From an uncultured delta proteobacterium (GTDB lineage: Bacteria > Desulfobacterota > Binatia > Binatales > Binataceae), in the NCBI GenBank assembly GCA_963842085.1, contig CAWJET010000001.1, positions 544,001-608,000 on the forward strand: 64,000 nt of DNA. The letters run 5' to 3'. Of the stretch, positions 42,929 to 54,958 are shown in pieces. Numbering within the stretch: the stretch's first letter is position 1; the number at the start of each line of letters is the position of its first letter. The position numbers were made by a program, and so were the translations under genes. The notes beneath the pieces are model-generated. The model saw only the letters and a list, made by a program, of their open reading frames with translations. It was not told where the DNA came from and ran no database searches.

Positions 42929-44489
42929 TGAAGGCATTGCGGGCGTCGAACGTCTTCGCGCACATGTCGCATTAAGACGTGTGTCGGACGAGTCCAAAGA
43001 GGCCGAGTCCGAACTGTGCGAAGCTCCGCGGCCGCTGCGGCGCCAATTGCCGCCGGCCGAGCCGTTTCCGGTCGATGCGCTGCCCGACGTACTGCGAGAG
43101 GCAGCGCTCGCGATACACGCGATTACGCGCGCACCAATCGCGATCGGCGCGCAGTCCGTGCTCGCGGTCGCTACCCTCGCAGTGCAGGCCCATGCGGACA
43201 TCGAGCTTCCGACGCGCGCGGTGCGGCCGCTGTCTTGCAACTTCATAACGATCGCGGATAGCGGCGATCGTAAGACCAGTGCGGATGACCTCGCGCTGAA
43301 ATCCATAAGAGATCGCGAGAAGCTGCTCACTCTCGACTATGAACGTGAGAGGAACGATCACGCGAATAGGCTTGAGGCTTGGGATAAGCAGCGCGCTCAG
43401 ATTCTCAGCGATAAGGGCAGATATCCCACCGCTGCCCAGAAACGTGCGGCGCTGGATGAACTTGGCGAGTCTCCGCTACCACCTCTGCTGCCGATGCTGA
43501 CATGTCCGGAACCGACCTTCGAAGGGTTGACCAAGCTACTTCGCGACGGTCAGCCGAGTATAGGCCTGTTCTCTTCCGAAGGCGGGCAATTCATTGGTGG
43601 TCACGCGATGAGCGCCGAGAATCGCCTTAAGACGGCCGCGGCATTCTCGTCGGTATGGGATGGAACCCCGGTGAATAGGGTCAGACAGGGTGATGGGTCC
43701 TTCGTCCTGCACGGCCGGCGAGTTGCTGTACATCTTCTCGTACAACCTGGTGTAGGTGCTCGTCTCTTCAGCGATGCAACTCTTGACGATCAGGGAACGC
43801 TGTCGCGATTGCTGGCGGCTTACCCGGAAACGACGGCCGGAACCCGTTTCTGGAAGGAGCCGGAAGATGCCGACTTTAGCAGGATTAGCAGCTTTAGCGG
43901 GTTGATCACTAAAATTCTAGAGACGCCAGCCCGCACTGGCGACAAGAGAAACGAGCTGGTGCCGCGGGTTCTGCGTCTCTCCCTGGCCGCACGTCGATTA
44001 TGGATTCAGTTTGTCGATCATATTGAAGCCCAAATGGGCGCCGGTGGTGATCTACGGCCGGTCCGGGCATTCGCGAGCAAAGCCCCGGAACATGCGGCGA
44101 GAATCGCCAGCGTATTTCAACTGATCTCGGATCTGGCTGCTCAAGACTTATCGGGGAAGCACATGGCGGCCGGGATAACCCTGGTCCAGCACTACATAAC
44201 TGAGGCTCTTCGTATTCATGCAGCCGGGTTAGATGATCCCGACCTCGTGCTGGCCTCGAAGCTGCTGGAATGGCTCACGGCCGATTGGTTGAAAAAAGAA
44301 CCAGACGGATATGTATCCCTGCCTGATATCTACCAACTCGGCCCTTCCGCCATCCGCGATAAAGGAACAGCTGGCCGCATCGTCGCGATACTCGTCGACC
44401 ACGGGTATCTGCGTCATCACGATGGTCCAATGAAGGTCGCCGGCGAGACACGAAGGGATGTGTGGGTCATCGTGAAGGAGGTCGGGTGA
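42915..44489 (+). CDS. DUF3987/YfjI family replication NTPase
   Basis: FPVDALP, ADSGDRKTS, PTFEGL, SSEGG, QG.LSRLL. Confidence 0.85.
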   Translation: MMEINEGIAGVERLRAHVALRRVSDESKEAESELCEAPRPLRRQLPPAEPFPVDALPDVLREAALAIHAITRAPIAIGAQSVLAVATLAVQAHADIELPTRAVRPLSCNFITIADSGDRKTSADDLALKSIRDREKLLTLDYERERNDHANRLEAWDKQRAQILSDKGRYPTAAQKRAALDELGESPLPPLLPMLTCPEPTFEGLTKLLRDGQPSIGLFSSEGGQFIGGHAMSAENRLKTAAAFSSVWDGTPVNRVRQGDGSFVLHGRRVAVHLLVQPGVGARLFSDATLDDQGTLSRLLAAYPETTAGTRFWKEPEDADFSRISSFSGLITKILETPARTGDKRNELVPRVLRLSLAARRLWIQFVDHIEAQMGAGGDLRPVRAFASKAPEHAARIASVFQLISDLAAQDLSGKHMAAGITLVQHYITEALRIHAAGLDDPDLVLASKLLEWLTADWLKKEPDGYVSLPDIYQLGPSAIRDKGTAGRIVAILVDHGYLRHHDGPMKVAGETRRDVWVIVKEVG

Positions 44490-44860
44490 TGGGATTCCAC
44501 AAATTTGACGCGTACGAGAATCTCTCAAAAACAGAAGGGTCGCCTGCTAAAGTTGCTAAAGCTGCTAAAGTTGACACGCTCGAGGCTCGCCCCGTCAATG
44601 AATCCGATCAACCCGGCCTGACTCCCGCGCAATCACCGCTCGCGACCCACCCTGCACCCGCGTCGCCGGTGGCGGTCGAGCTGATCTATGTCGAGCCGCA
44701 GCCGAAGGTGACACCGCTCGATCCTAAATTCCCACCGTGCAGGAAGTGCGGCGCACGGCGCTACTGGATCACGGACTCGGGCAAGGTCGTCTGCGGTGGC
44801 CCGGGCTGCGGCGAGGTCCGTTACATCCTGGCGTCGATCGAATATCACCCAATCGCGTAG
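44489..44860 (+). CDS. Small Zn-finger protein containing iteron-like repeats
   Basis: TGATG coupling; CRKC...C....C; TGCTAAAG x3 at 44545-44570. Confidence 0.6.
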   Translation: MGFHKFDAYENLSKTEGSPAKVAKAAKVDTLEARPVNESDQPGLTPAQSPLATHPAPASPVAVELIYVEPQPKVTPLDPKFPPCRKCGARRYWITDSGKVVCGGPGCGEVRYILASIEYHPIA

Positions 44861-44874
44861 GGGCTTTCGGACCG

Positions 44875-46479
<1,605 letters not shown>

Positions 46480-46511
46480 ACCGTCGAAACACGTTTACGT
46501 AGCAGGATGTT

Positions 46512-46588
46512 TGGGGTGAGTGAAGGGATTTGAACCCTCGACCGCCGGAGCCACAATCCGATGCTCTGCCAACTGAGCTACACTCACC
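46512..46588 (-). tRNA. tRNA-His(GTG)
   Basis: G-1, anticodon GTG, encoded CCA. Confidence 0.97.
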
Positions 46589-46648
46589 ACCCTCGATCTA
46601 TTCAATCCGCCCGGCGCCTTAAGCCGCCGCTATCGGAATTCGCCTCCG

Positions 46649-46725
<77 letters not shown>

Positions 46726-46727
46726 TA

Positions 46728-46801
46728 TCGGGGCGAGCCGATTTGAACGGCCGACCCCCTGCTCCCAAGGCAGGTGCGCTACCAGGCTGCGCTACGCCCC
46801 G
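46728..46801 (-). tRNA. tRNA-Pro(TGG)
   Basis: CGGGGCG acceptor stem, anticodon TGG; CCA not encoded. Confidence 0.96.
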
Positions 46802-46810
46802 AGCCTTTAG

Positions 46811-46839
46811 GAAGTAACACACGGACGATCCGCTCTCAA
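46811..46839 (-). promoter_or_regulatory. Putative sigma70 promoter of the tRNA operon
   Basis: TTGAGA-17 bp-TACTTC with TG extension, 10 bp upstream of tRNA-Pro. Confidence 0.55.
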
Positions 46840-47234
46840 CCAACGATCATCCGCACACCGGTTTTGTTCATCAATAGATTCGTGGAGCAACAGACAGTGC
46901 CGCATGCGAACGCAGTGGATAACGGCGTCGTTAATTCCGAGCGCAAAACTGGCCAGCGCGCTCCGGACCGATTGAGACTCCGCTGAGGCATATCACGTGT
47001 ATCGACGCATGACCCGGACTGCGCGCGGTGCAGTCGGCTTGCCGCAATCCACGGAACGCGTGAGTGCTATGCGTGCATAATGGGCTCGCATCCAGCGGTT
47101 CGGTCGCAACTTGCAAAACTCGCAATTTTCGGGCGAAAGTGACCGAATTCGAGACTTTCGGGTTCCCGGAGTCGCAGAAAGAGAAAAAGTCCGATCTCGA
47201 TACCGTGAATTCGTCACGGTTTTTCCGAGGCACA

Positions 47235-47369
47235 AGGTTTGCTTGAACTGTTGTTGCGCTGACAATCTCCTCCCCCGAGACAACAGCGCCTGTCCCCCAA
47301 GCAAAGGCCGGGCTACTTGAACCGTTGGCTCCCCACCGCGGTCCCCACTCGTAGCCCGGCCGTTCTTTT
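47235..47369 (+). ncRNA. Candidate small RNA with C-rich loops
   Basis: Stems TTTGCTTG/CAAGCAAA, CTGTTGT/ACAACAG and GGCCGGGCTAC/GTAGCCCGGCC, then a T-rich tail; loop CTCCTCCCCC. Confidence 0.5.
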
Positions 47370-47381
47370 ATTGAAAGTCAA

Positions 47382-48233
47382 ATGATCGCCGACGCGCGAT
47401 TTGGCTGCGCTGCCGGCAAATCGCCAGAAGACCCGCGCGAATTCTCCCGGCATTTATCTTTCGGAATTTCTGATAGGCTGACGGAGTACCGGACGGCGGC
47501 GTCGTTGCTCGAGACGTTCATCGGTGCGCTGAACTGTCCGACCGGGGGCCATATCGACCGCCTGAGGCGACAAATTTGTCCACTGCTCGTCGTGACACTC
47601 GCGGCCGCGGTGGCCGTTTGGATCAGCGGATGCTGGATGGCAGCGGCTCAACTCGCGCCCATCGCCGCCAATGTTGCGGAGGATGTCGGCGGTGGAGCCC
47701 TTGAGCTGGCCGCAGGTGTTGGTGCGTCTACCCATCGGGCGGCCACTCAAGCGAAGCAAGAAGAGGAAGCGCGTGAGAGTGCAATGAACGGCGCCGACAG
47801 CTGCGACCAGCTCGAAGTCGAAGTCCCCGGCGTGATCGAGTTGCGCAGGAGTGCAGCCGGCGCGCCCGAATATCGCGAGCTGCAGGTAAGCGATTCGATC
47901 GACCAGCCGCAGTGGGCGCCGATCGCGGACAGTGAAACCACACCGGATGGCTGGCGGCCGGCGGTTAATTTTCTTCAGATGAATTTCTCGCCGCCGCTGG
48001 GCGCAGTGGTCCCCGAGAAGGCAAGCAGCTTTCTGGCGTACGCGCCCTCGCGGTTTATCACGGCAGCCGACAGCGATCGGCTTACCGCGATGACATCGAA
48101 TTTCGGCAAACCGGTCGGCACATTCACCTGGGACGGCCAGTATTACCACTACGTCGTGACGAGCACGCTGCCATGCTTTCCACCGCCGCCCGAGCGGATT
48201 GCCCAGGATGTCACTGCCCCTTCCGGTTTCTAG
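47382..48233 (+). CDS. Hypothetical lipoprotein
   Basis: Hydrophobic stretch ending ISGC; true start probably downstream of 47382. Confidence 0.55.
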   Translation: MIADARFGCAAGKSPEDPREFSRHLSFGISDRLTEYRTAASLLETFIGALNCPTGGHIDRLRRQICPLLVVTLAAAVAVWISGCWMAAAQLAPIAANVAEDVGGGALELAAGVGASTHRAATQAKQEEEARESAMNGADSCDQLEVEVPGVIELRRSAAGAPEYRELQVSDSIDQPQWAPIADSETTPDGWRPAVNFLQMNFSPPLGAVVPEKASSFLAYAPSRFITAADSDRLTAMTSNFGKPVGTFTWDGQYYHYVVTSTLPCFPPPPERIAQDVTAPSGF

Positions 48234-48270
48234 CTAATTCGGTTTATCGGTTGCGACGAGCGTCAGCGCC

Positions 48271-49218
48271 TCAGCGCCGTAGCAGCGGGATTACTTCTCT
48301 GGCGAATTGCTCGTGTTGCGCGTCGCGATCAGCGGGAGCGCAAACCAGATCCAGGTTGACGTCGCGAATGCCCGCTTTGACGAACTCGTCGATTCGCGCT
48401 GCGACGTCGGATGGCCTGCCGACGGCGGCGTAGCGCTTGGCAGGCTCGCGGAAATCCATCGCGTAGCGCTTGCTCAGATGGGTTGCCGCGACGTCGAGCG
48501 CCTCTTCATAGCTGGGCCCAAGCGTCACGAACAAATGCAGCGCCGTGCCGAAGTGCTCGAACTTGCGCCCGGCCTTTGCCGCCTCGCGCGCGATGAACTC
48601 GAGTCCCTCGCCGACCCGCTTGGGCGTCACCACGTACGGCATCCATCCGTCGCCCAGCCGCGCCGCACGCCTGAGCGCGGCTTCGGCGCGTCCCCCGACC
48701 CACACCGGCGGTCCGCCGGGAGTGCGCGGTTTCGGCAGCATCGTAATTTTCGCGAAGCTGAAATACTTGCCGTGATACTCGACCGGTTCCCCGGTCCACA
48801 GCCGCTTGAGTATTTCGATTCCCTCGTTCGCACGCCCGCCGCGTTGTTTGAGCGGAACGCCGCATGCCTCGTACTCGGGCGGAAATTCACCGCCGACGCC
48901 GACGCCGAAAATGAAATGTCCCGCACCCATCAGGCGGTCCACCGTCGCGACCATCTTTGCGACCGTCACCGGATGACGCAGCGGCAACAGGTAAATGCTG
49001 GTGCCAAAAATCAGCTTCGGGTTCAGCGCGGACAGGTAGGTCAACTGGGTCAGCGGATCGTCGATCGGTCCCGTGAACGCAACGTGATCCCCTGTCCATA
49101 CACTGTCGTAGCCCCACTCGGACAGAGTGCTGACAGTCTTGAGCGCGTGCTCACGGTTGGCCGCGGTGGTAATCGCACCGAACCGGATTGTGGAATTCAG
49201 CGGCAGCGCGTCGCTCAT
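48271..49218 (-). CDS. LLM-class flavin/F420-dependent oxidoreductase
   Basis: GYDSVWTGDH, GVGVGG, PPVWVGG, GDGWMP. Confidence 0.9.
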   Translation of the reverse strand: MSDALPLNSTIRFGAITTAANREHALKTVSTLSEWGYDSVWTGDHVAFTGPIDDPLTQLTYLSALNPKLIFGTSIYLLPLRHPVTVAKMVATVDRLMGAGHFIFGVGVGGEFPPEYEACGVPLKQRGGRANEGIEILKRLWTGEPVEYHGKYFSFAKITMLPKPRTPGGPPVWVGGRAEAALRRAARLGDGWMPYVVTPKRVGEGLEFIAREAAKAGRKFEHFGTALHLFVTLGPSYEEALDVAATHLSKRYAMDFREPAKRYAAVGRPSDVAARIDEFVKAGIRDVNLDLVCAPADRDAQHEQFAREVIPLLRR

Positions 49219-49240
49219 ATCCGCACCTTCAAGCTCATGC

Positions 49241-50026
49241 TCACACCGAGCGCAGCGCGCCGCCGTCCACTCGGATCAAGGAGCCTGTCACGTAGGCCGC
49301 CAGCGGGCTCGCCAGGAACGCCGCGACCGCGCCGAATTCCGCGGGCGTGCCGAGCCGTCCGACCGGGATCGCCTGCGCGCTTCGCTGTACCGCCTCCTCG
49401 ACGGAAATTTTCTGGCGTTCCGCGGCCGCGCGGCTGAGTTGTACCATGCGATCGGTGGCGATCGCGCCCGGCAGAAGAGTGTTGACCGTTATTCCGTCGC
49501 GCGCCGTCTCTGTCGCCAGGGTCTTGGCCCATCCGACAATCGCACTGCGCAGCGTATTCGACACGCCGATTGCGGCGAGCGGTTCGACCACGCTGGTCGA
49601 GGCCACGTTGAGGATTCGGCCCCACTTTTGCGCCCGCATGTCGCCAAGCAGCAAGTCCGTTATGCGAAACAGCGGCATCACCATCGAATGGAACTGCTCC
49701 TCCCAGACGTTGGCCGGCACGCCGGCCACGCCCGACGGTGGCGGTCCGCCGGAATTATTGAGCAGGATGTCGATCGCCCCGAACCGTTTGCGCGCGGCGT
49801 TGGCGGCAGCCTCGAGGCTCGGCCACTTAGCCAGGTCCGCCGCAAATCCAATCGCCCTGGCGCCCCGCGACGTGATTTCGGCGACCGCGCGATCGAGCGC
49901 CTCCTGGCCGCGCGCAACCAGCGCGACCGCAACGCCCTCCGCCGCGAGCGCGTCGGCGACGCCGCGTCCGAGTCCCTTGCTGCCGCCAAGAATCAGCGCC
50001 GTTTTTCCCTTGAGTTGAAGATCCAT
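49241..50026 (-). CDS. SDR family oxidoreductase
   Basis: GGSKGLG, NNSGGP, VTG..IRVDGG. Confidence 0.92.
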   Translation of the reverse strand: MDLQLKGKTALILGGSKGLGRGVADALAAEGVAVALVARGQEALDRAVAEITSRGARAIGFAADLAKWPSLEAAANAARKRFGAIDILLNNSGGPPPSGVAGVPANVWEEQFHSMVMPLFRITDLLLGDMRAQKWGRILNVASTSVVEPLAAIGVSNTLRSAIVGWAKTLATETARDGITVNTLLPGAIATDRMVQLSRAAAERQKISVEEAVQRSAQAIPVGRLGTPAEFGAVAAFLASPLAAYVTGSLIRVDGGALRSV

Positions 50027-50051
50027 TTTTTCAGTACACCAGGTTTGATCG

Positions 50052-50612
50052 TTACGCGTCCTGCTTGCCGGCGCCCGGCAGGAAATCGTCGAGCGGCACG
50101 CCGAAGCTGTTGAGCGCCCACGAGACCAGGTTGTATTGCCCGATCGTGAAGACCGCGTCCATCATCTGCTCGATGCTGTAGCGCTCGGATAACTGCTGCC
50201 AGGTCTCGTCCGAAACCGCCGACTTCTCGTACAAATCGTCGGCAGCCTGGAGCAGCGCGGCGTCGTGTCTGTCCCAGCCGGCCTTCGGACCCTTGCTGAT
50301 TCGATCGATCTCTTCGTCGGTGAGCCCGGCGTTCTTGCCGATCCGCACGTGCTGCTCCCATTCGTATGGAGCCTGGTTCAGCCAGCCGATCCGCAGAATC
50401 AAAATCTCGCGGTCGCGCGCCGGCAGCGATTGATGCGACAAGATGTAGCCGGCGAAGCGCGACCAGCTTCGCGCCAGCTTTGGGTTCTGCATCAGCACCC
50501 TGATGATGTTAATGACCTCGCCGTTGACCTTGTTGCGCTCGGCCCGTTCGCGATCGTCGGCGCTAAGGGTCGAAAAGTCGCGGAACGGGACTCGTTGTTT
50601 TCTCGCCGTCAC
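50052..50612 (-). CDS. Carboxymuconolactone decarboxylase/AhpD family protein
   Basis: REILILRIG......YEWEQH. Confidence 0.85.
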   Translation of the reverse strand: MTARKQRVPFRDFSTLSADDRERAERNKVNGEVINIIRVLMQNPKLARSWSRFAGYILSHQSLPARDREILILRIGWLNQAPYEWEQHVRIGKNAGLTDEEIDRISKGPKAGWDRHDAALLQAADDLYEKSAVSDETWQQLSERYSIEQMMDAVFTIGQYNLVSWALNSFGVPLDDFLPGAGKQDA

Positions 50613-50786
50613 GGATTACTCCTCCGTCGTCGTCATTGCTCGTGAGACCATTTTCTTCGCGTGATCAGATGTAATCCACAATCGTGATTTTCTCCAGCCG
50701 ATTTTGCATTCCGATTCTCCTGAAATCGTTGTAGCGAATTTGACGCGATCCCGGCGGCCTTGCACGTTCGCTTGGCGTCGCGCGTA

Positions 50787-51974
50787 ATGACCTCGGCGAT
50801 GGAATCGTTCGACGTTGTGATCGTGGGCGCCGGAGCGGCGGGGCTGATGTGCGCGATGACGGCCGTGAAGCGCGGCCGGCGCGTGCTGCTGCTCGAGCAT
50901 AACGATCAGCCGGGCGCGAAGATTCTTATCTCGGGCGGCGGCCGCTGCAATTTCACCAATCTTGAAATAGCGCCCGAGCGGTTTCTTTCCGGCAACCCGC
51001 ATTTCTGCAAATCGGCGCTCAGCCTCTACACGCAGCACGATTTTATCGCACTGGTCGAACGCCATCGCATTCGCTATCACGAAAAAACTCTCGGCCAGCT
51101 GTTTTGCGACGGCTCCGCGCGCGAGATCCTCGCGATGCTGCTGGCGGAGTGCGCGGCCGCCCGCGTCGATTTGCGCACGCGCCACAGCGTCACCGAAATA
51201 AGCCGCGCCGATCGCTTTCGCATCGAGACGAACAAAGGCAGCTTTGCGGCGCCGGCCTTGGTGCTCGCGAGCGGCGGCCTCTCCATCCCCAAGATGGGCG
51301 CGAGCGGCTTTGCATACGAGATGGCGCGGCGCTTCGGTCTCGCGGTCATCGAGCCACGGCCCGGCCTGGTGCCGTTGACGGTCGCGGGCGAGACGCTCGA
51401 ACTTTGCCGGACTCTCGCCGGCGTTTCGATCGACGCGATCGCCTCATGTGGCCGCGACAGCTTTCGCGAAAACATTCTATTCACGCATCGCGGCCTGTCA
51501 GGTCCCGCGATTCTGCAGATCTCATCGTACTGGCGCGAGGGCGACACGCTGTCGCTCAACCTCGCGCCTTCATTAGATATCGGAAGCTTCTTCGCGGAGC
51601 GAAAGCGCGCGCGGCCCAAGGCGGAACTGAAAACCGTGCTGGCCGAGGCGATTCCCGCTCGGCTGGCACATACTCTTGCCAGTGCCACGGCGTCCGATCT
51701 CCCAATCGCGAATATTTCCGACCGCACCCTTTTTGAACTGGCGCAACGGTTAAAGCGATGGCAGCTCAAACCAAGCGGCTCCGAGGGATGGCCCAAAGCC
51801 GAGGTCACAGTTGCCGGAATCGACACCGCCGCGCTGTCTTCGAAGACGATGGAAGCGCGCGCCGTGCCCGGTTTGTTTGCGATCGGAGAAGCGGTGGACG
51901 TAACGGGATGGCTGGGCGGCTACAATTTCCAGTGGGCGTGGTCGAGCGGATGGTGCGCCGGGCAGGCAGTCTGA
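50787..51974 (+). CDS. HI0933/YhiN family flavoprotein
   Basis: GAGAAG, KILISGGGRCNFTN, LFTHRGLSGP, GGYNFQWAWSSG. Confidence 0.93.
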   Translation: MTSAMESFDVVIVGAGAAGLMCAMTAVKRGRRVLLLEHNDQPGAKILISGGGRCNFTNLEIAPERFLSGNPHFCKSALSLYTQHDFIALVERHRIRYHEKTLGQLFCDGSAREILAMLLAECAAARVDLRTRHSVTEISRADRFRIETNKGSFAAPALVLASGGLSIPKMGASGFAYEMARRFGLAVIEPRPGLVPLTVAGETLELCRTLAGVSIDAIASCGRDSFRENILFTHRGLSGPAILQISSYWREGDTLSLNLAPSLDIGSFFAERKRARPKAELKTVLAEAIPARLAHTLASATASDLPIANISDRTLFELAQRLKRWQLKPSGSEGWPKAEVTVAGIDTAALSSKTMEARAVPGLFAIGEAVDVTGWLGGYNFQWAWSSGWCAGQAV

Positions 51975-51992
51975 ATTCGGCGGACTCTGTTT

Positions 51993-54386
51993 TCAATCCC
52001 GCTTGCCTTCGGACTCTTCGATCACACCTTCGGCAACGAGCTTCGACACGTCCGCGTCGGGCATTTCGAGAATCGTGCGGCAGATTTCGCGCGTGTGTTG
52101 TCCCAGAGCGGGCGCCGGCGCAACGATCGGTTCGGGAATCGTCGTCGCGTGAAACGCCGGCCCCTCGAACATCATCGCGCCCACACCCGGTTGATCCACC
52201 GGTTGAGGATAGCCGCGGGCGAGCAGGTGCGGGTCAATCGGCATGTCGCTCGCGTACATCATGAAGCCGGCAGGCACGCCGGCGCGCTGCAGGATTTCGG
52301 TCACTTCGCGATCGCTGCGCGCGGAAGTCCAGTCAGTCACGCGTCGATCGAGTTCTGCGCGATGTTCGATTCGGCCGCGCGCCGTTTCGTAATCGCGTGC
52401 GCGCGCCCAGTGAGGATCGCCGATAGCGGTGCGGAACCGGCACCAATCTTCGTGACTCCGAATCGTTATTACACACCAGCGCTCGTTTCCGGCACAGGGG
52501 TAAACGCCCCACGGCGCACCGCGCTCGCTTTGATTGCCCTGTGGCCCGGCGGAGCCAGGCTCGAGCGCCGCCTTGAGCATCAGATCGGCGAGCAGCCCGA
52601 TGATTACTTCGACCTGCGCCACTTCCAGGTGGCCGCCGACGCCGCGGCGCTCGCGCGCGAACAGCGTAGCCATCGCTCCCAGAGCCAGCATGCGGCCGGC
52701 CAGATGATCGGGATGAATCGCGCCCGACCCCGGCGGCATCCCACCCTCGGGAAAGTTCCACAGGTAGGTCATCGCGCCCGCGGTGCGGCTGTTCGGACCG
52801 AATCCGATCCAATCCTTCCACGGGCCGCTCGCGCCCATGAGCTGGCTCGAGACGAGCACGATGCGCGGATTGATTTCGCGCATCTGCTCGAATCCCAAAC
52901 CGACTTTTTCCATCGTGCCGGTGGAACTGTTCTCGATGATTACATCGGAAACGGCGACGAGTCGCTTGACAATCTCGAGTCCGCGCTCGGTCCGAAGGTT
53001 GACGCCGAAACTGCGCTTGCATCGGCTGGACGAAGCGAACGACGGGCTCATCTCCGAGCCCGCGATCATGCGGATGAAGTCGGGGTACGCGCGGGACTCG
53101 ATCTTGATTACGTCCGCGCCGTATTCGGCCAGCAGCCGGCCCGCTTCGACGCCGACGCCGCCGATGCCGAAGTCCAACACGCGCAGGCCGGTGAACGGAT
53201 ACCGCCGCGGCACAGAGCTAGCGGCAGGCGCGGCCTTCGCGCTGGGTGCGAGCGTATCGCGACTATGCTCGCCGACCGCGGGGGCGCGGCCGGTGAAACC
53301 GAGCCGACGGCCATCGAGCATGAAGAAGCCGTCGGCAACTCTTCCGTACACACCGTCCGCGACTTCGGCGTCGCGAAAAGTTTCGCGGACCGCGAAATGA
53401 TCCGCCGCCAGCACTTCGTCAGGACTCAGCACCGGCGTCATCGCAAGGCCGCGACGCTGCGCCTCGCGTGCCAAGTCAAGCTTGGTCTTGTCCCTGAAAA
53501 ATTCCGCGTACATCGGATCGAGAATGTCCGTCTGGATCGACATGCGCCCCAGCAGGTGATCGAAGTGTTCGGCTTGCAGGACCTGCGGCTCACCCAGCCA
53601 CGCCCGCATCGCCCGCCACTGTCGCGGATGCAAAATGATCAGGCGGACGTAGCCGTCGGCGCACGGGTACCTCGTGTAAACCGGCGCCGAACCGGATCGA
53701 ATTTCGTAGTATGAGCCGCCGCGAGATTTCGTCGCGCTGAAATTCGGCAGCGCCCAGTCGGAAGTCTGCGCCGCCGCCTCCATCACGGATACGTCGAGAT
53801 GCTGGCCGCGTCCCGTCTTCGCGCGATCCCACAGCGCCGCGACCGTCGCGAACGCCGCGGTAGTGCCCGCGATGTCGTACGCCATCGCGCCCGGCGGCAG
53901 CAGGGGAGGCTTGCCCGGCACGCCCGAGCGAAAAAGCAGTCCCGACATCGCAACCAGGACCGCGTCAACGGCGTGGTAGTCGCGATATGGTCCTGTCAGC
54001 CCGAAGCCGGTGATCGAGGTGATGATGAGCCCGGGATGACGCTCGAGTAAATCGCGACGATCGAGGCCGAGCGATTCGAGATAGCCTGGCCGATGCGACT
54101 CGATCCACACGTCAGCCGCGTCCAGCAGACCGTCGAGGCGCCGACGCCCCTCGACAGTTTCCATGTCGAGCGTGACGCTCTTCTTGCCAAGATTCCGTAC
54201 GGCGAAGTACAGGCTGATCGCGTCGTGAAACGGTGGGACTGCGCGCGATGCCGCTCCGCCCGGCGGCTCGACGCGGATCACCTCAGCGCCGAGGTCGGCG
54301 AGCAGCCTGCCGCATAGCTCGCCCTTCTCGTCGGAGTGATCGATCACGCGGATTCCAGTAAGGGGGCGGTCGAAATCAGGCGGCAT
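51993..54386 (-). CDS. Tandem-domain CaiB/BaiF class III CoA-transferase
   Basis: Two repeats: LADLGAEVIRVE and LAEYGADVIKIE. Confidence 0.92.
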   Translation of the reverse strand: MPPDFDRPLTGIRVIDHSDEKGELCGRLLADLGAEVIRVEPPGGAASRAVPPFHDAISLYFAVRNLGKKSVTLDMETVEGRRRLDGLLDAADVWIESHRPGYLESLGLDRRDLLERHPGLIITSITGFGLTGPYRDYHAVDAVLVAMSGLLFRSGVPGKPPLLPPGAMAYDIAGTTAAFATVAALWDRAKTGRGQHLDVSVMEAAAQTSDWALPNFSATKSRGGSYYEIRSGSAPVYTRYPCADGYVRLIILHPRQWRAMRAWLGEPQVLQAEHFDHLLGRMSIQTDILDPMYAEFFRDKTKLDLAREAQRRGLAMTPVLSPDEVLAADHFAVRETFRDAEVADGVYGRVADGFFMLDGRRLGFTGRAPAVGEHSRDTLAPSAKAAPAASSVPRRYPFTGLRVLDFGIGGVGVEAGRLLAEYGADVIKIESRAYPDFIRMIAGSEMSPSFASSSRCKRSFGVNLRTERGLEIVKRLVAVSDVIIENSSTGTMEKVGLGFEQMREINPRIVLVSSQLMGASGPWKDWIGFGPNSRTAGAMTYLWNFPEGGMPPGSGAIHPDHLAGRMLALGAMATLFARERRGVGGHLEVAQVEVIIGLLADLMLKAALEPGSAGPQGNQSERGAPWGVYPCAGNERWCVITIRSHEDWCRFRTAIGDPHWARARDYETARGRIEHRAELDRRVTDWTSARSDREVTEILQRAGVPAGFMMYASDMPIDPHLLARGYPQPVDQPGVGAMMFEGPAFHATTIPEPIVAPAPALGQHTREICRTILEMPDADVSKLVAEGVIEESEGKRD

Positions 54387-54682
54387 GAAGCCTCATTTGA
54401 GACGGCTGACTCGGGCTGAAAGAGGCCGAGATACGCTATATGTAGTGGCTCCGAAAGTGCGCACTACCATCGGTGGGTTCGTTCCGTCAAAAAATGATTT
54501 TCGCGGGCGAGTGTGGTCAGGCTCAGGTTCGGGGGTTGTACGGTTGCGATGGATGGGGTGCATAACGTTTGTGATAGCACGGCAGGGGCATCGTCGAGGA
54601 GGCTTAATTGTTCATCCCTGAACTAAAATGGCACTGCAACAAGGAGCGCGCGCAGCGCGCGAGCAAGAGACCGGAACCGGCT

Positions 54683-54905
54683 TCGCGTGCGCGAAGCTGT
54701 CCGAGATCCTTCCATCCGCTCGCGCTGCTCGCTTCGTCAGGATGACAACTCGCGTGGGGCGAAGGTGTCCGAGATTCCTTCGACTACGCTCAGGACAGGC
54801 TCTTCCATCCGCTCGCGCTGCTCGCTTCGTCAGGATGACAACTCGCGTGCGCGAAGCTGTCCGAGATCCTTCGTGCCGCTCGCGTTGCGCGCTTGGTCAG
54901 GATGA
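54683..54905. repeat. REP-like intergenic repeat cluster
   Basis: 48-bp identical copies at 54709-54756 and 54802-54849; 30-bp copies at 54683 and 54843; GAGATCCTTC...TCAGGATGACA motif. Confidence 0.8.
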
Positions 54906-54958
54906 GGATCTGTCTGGCTCGCGCCGATTGCCCACTTGCATCGCCAACTTCACAACTT

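Noticed and set aside
54683-54905. Possible CRISPR array
   Set aside because: Units vary in length and are nested, with no unique constant-length spacers and no cas genes in the window
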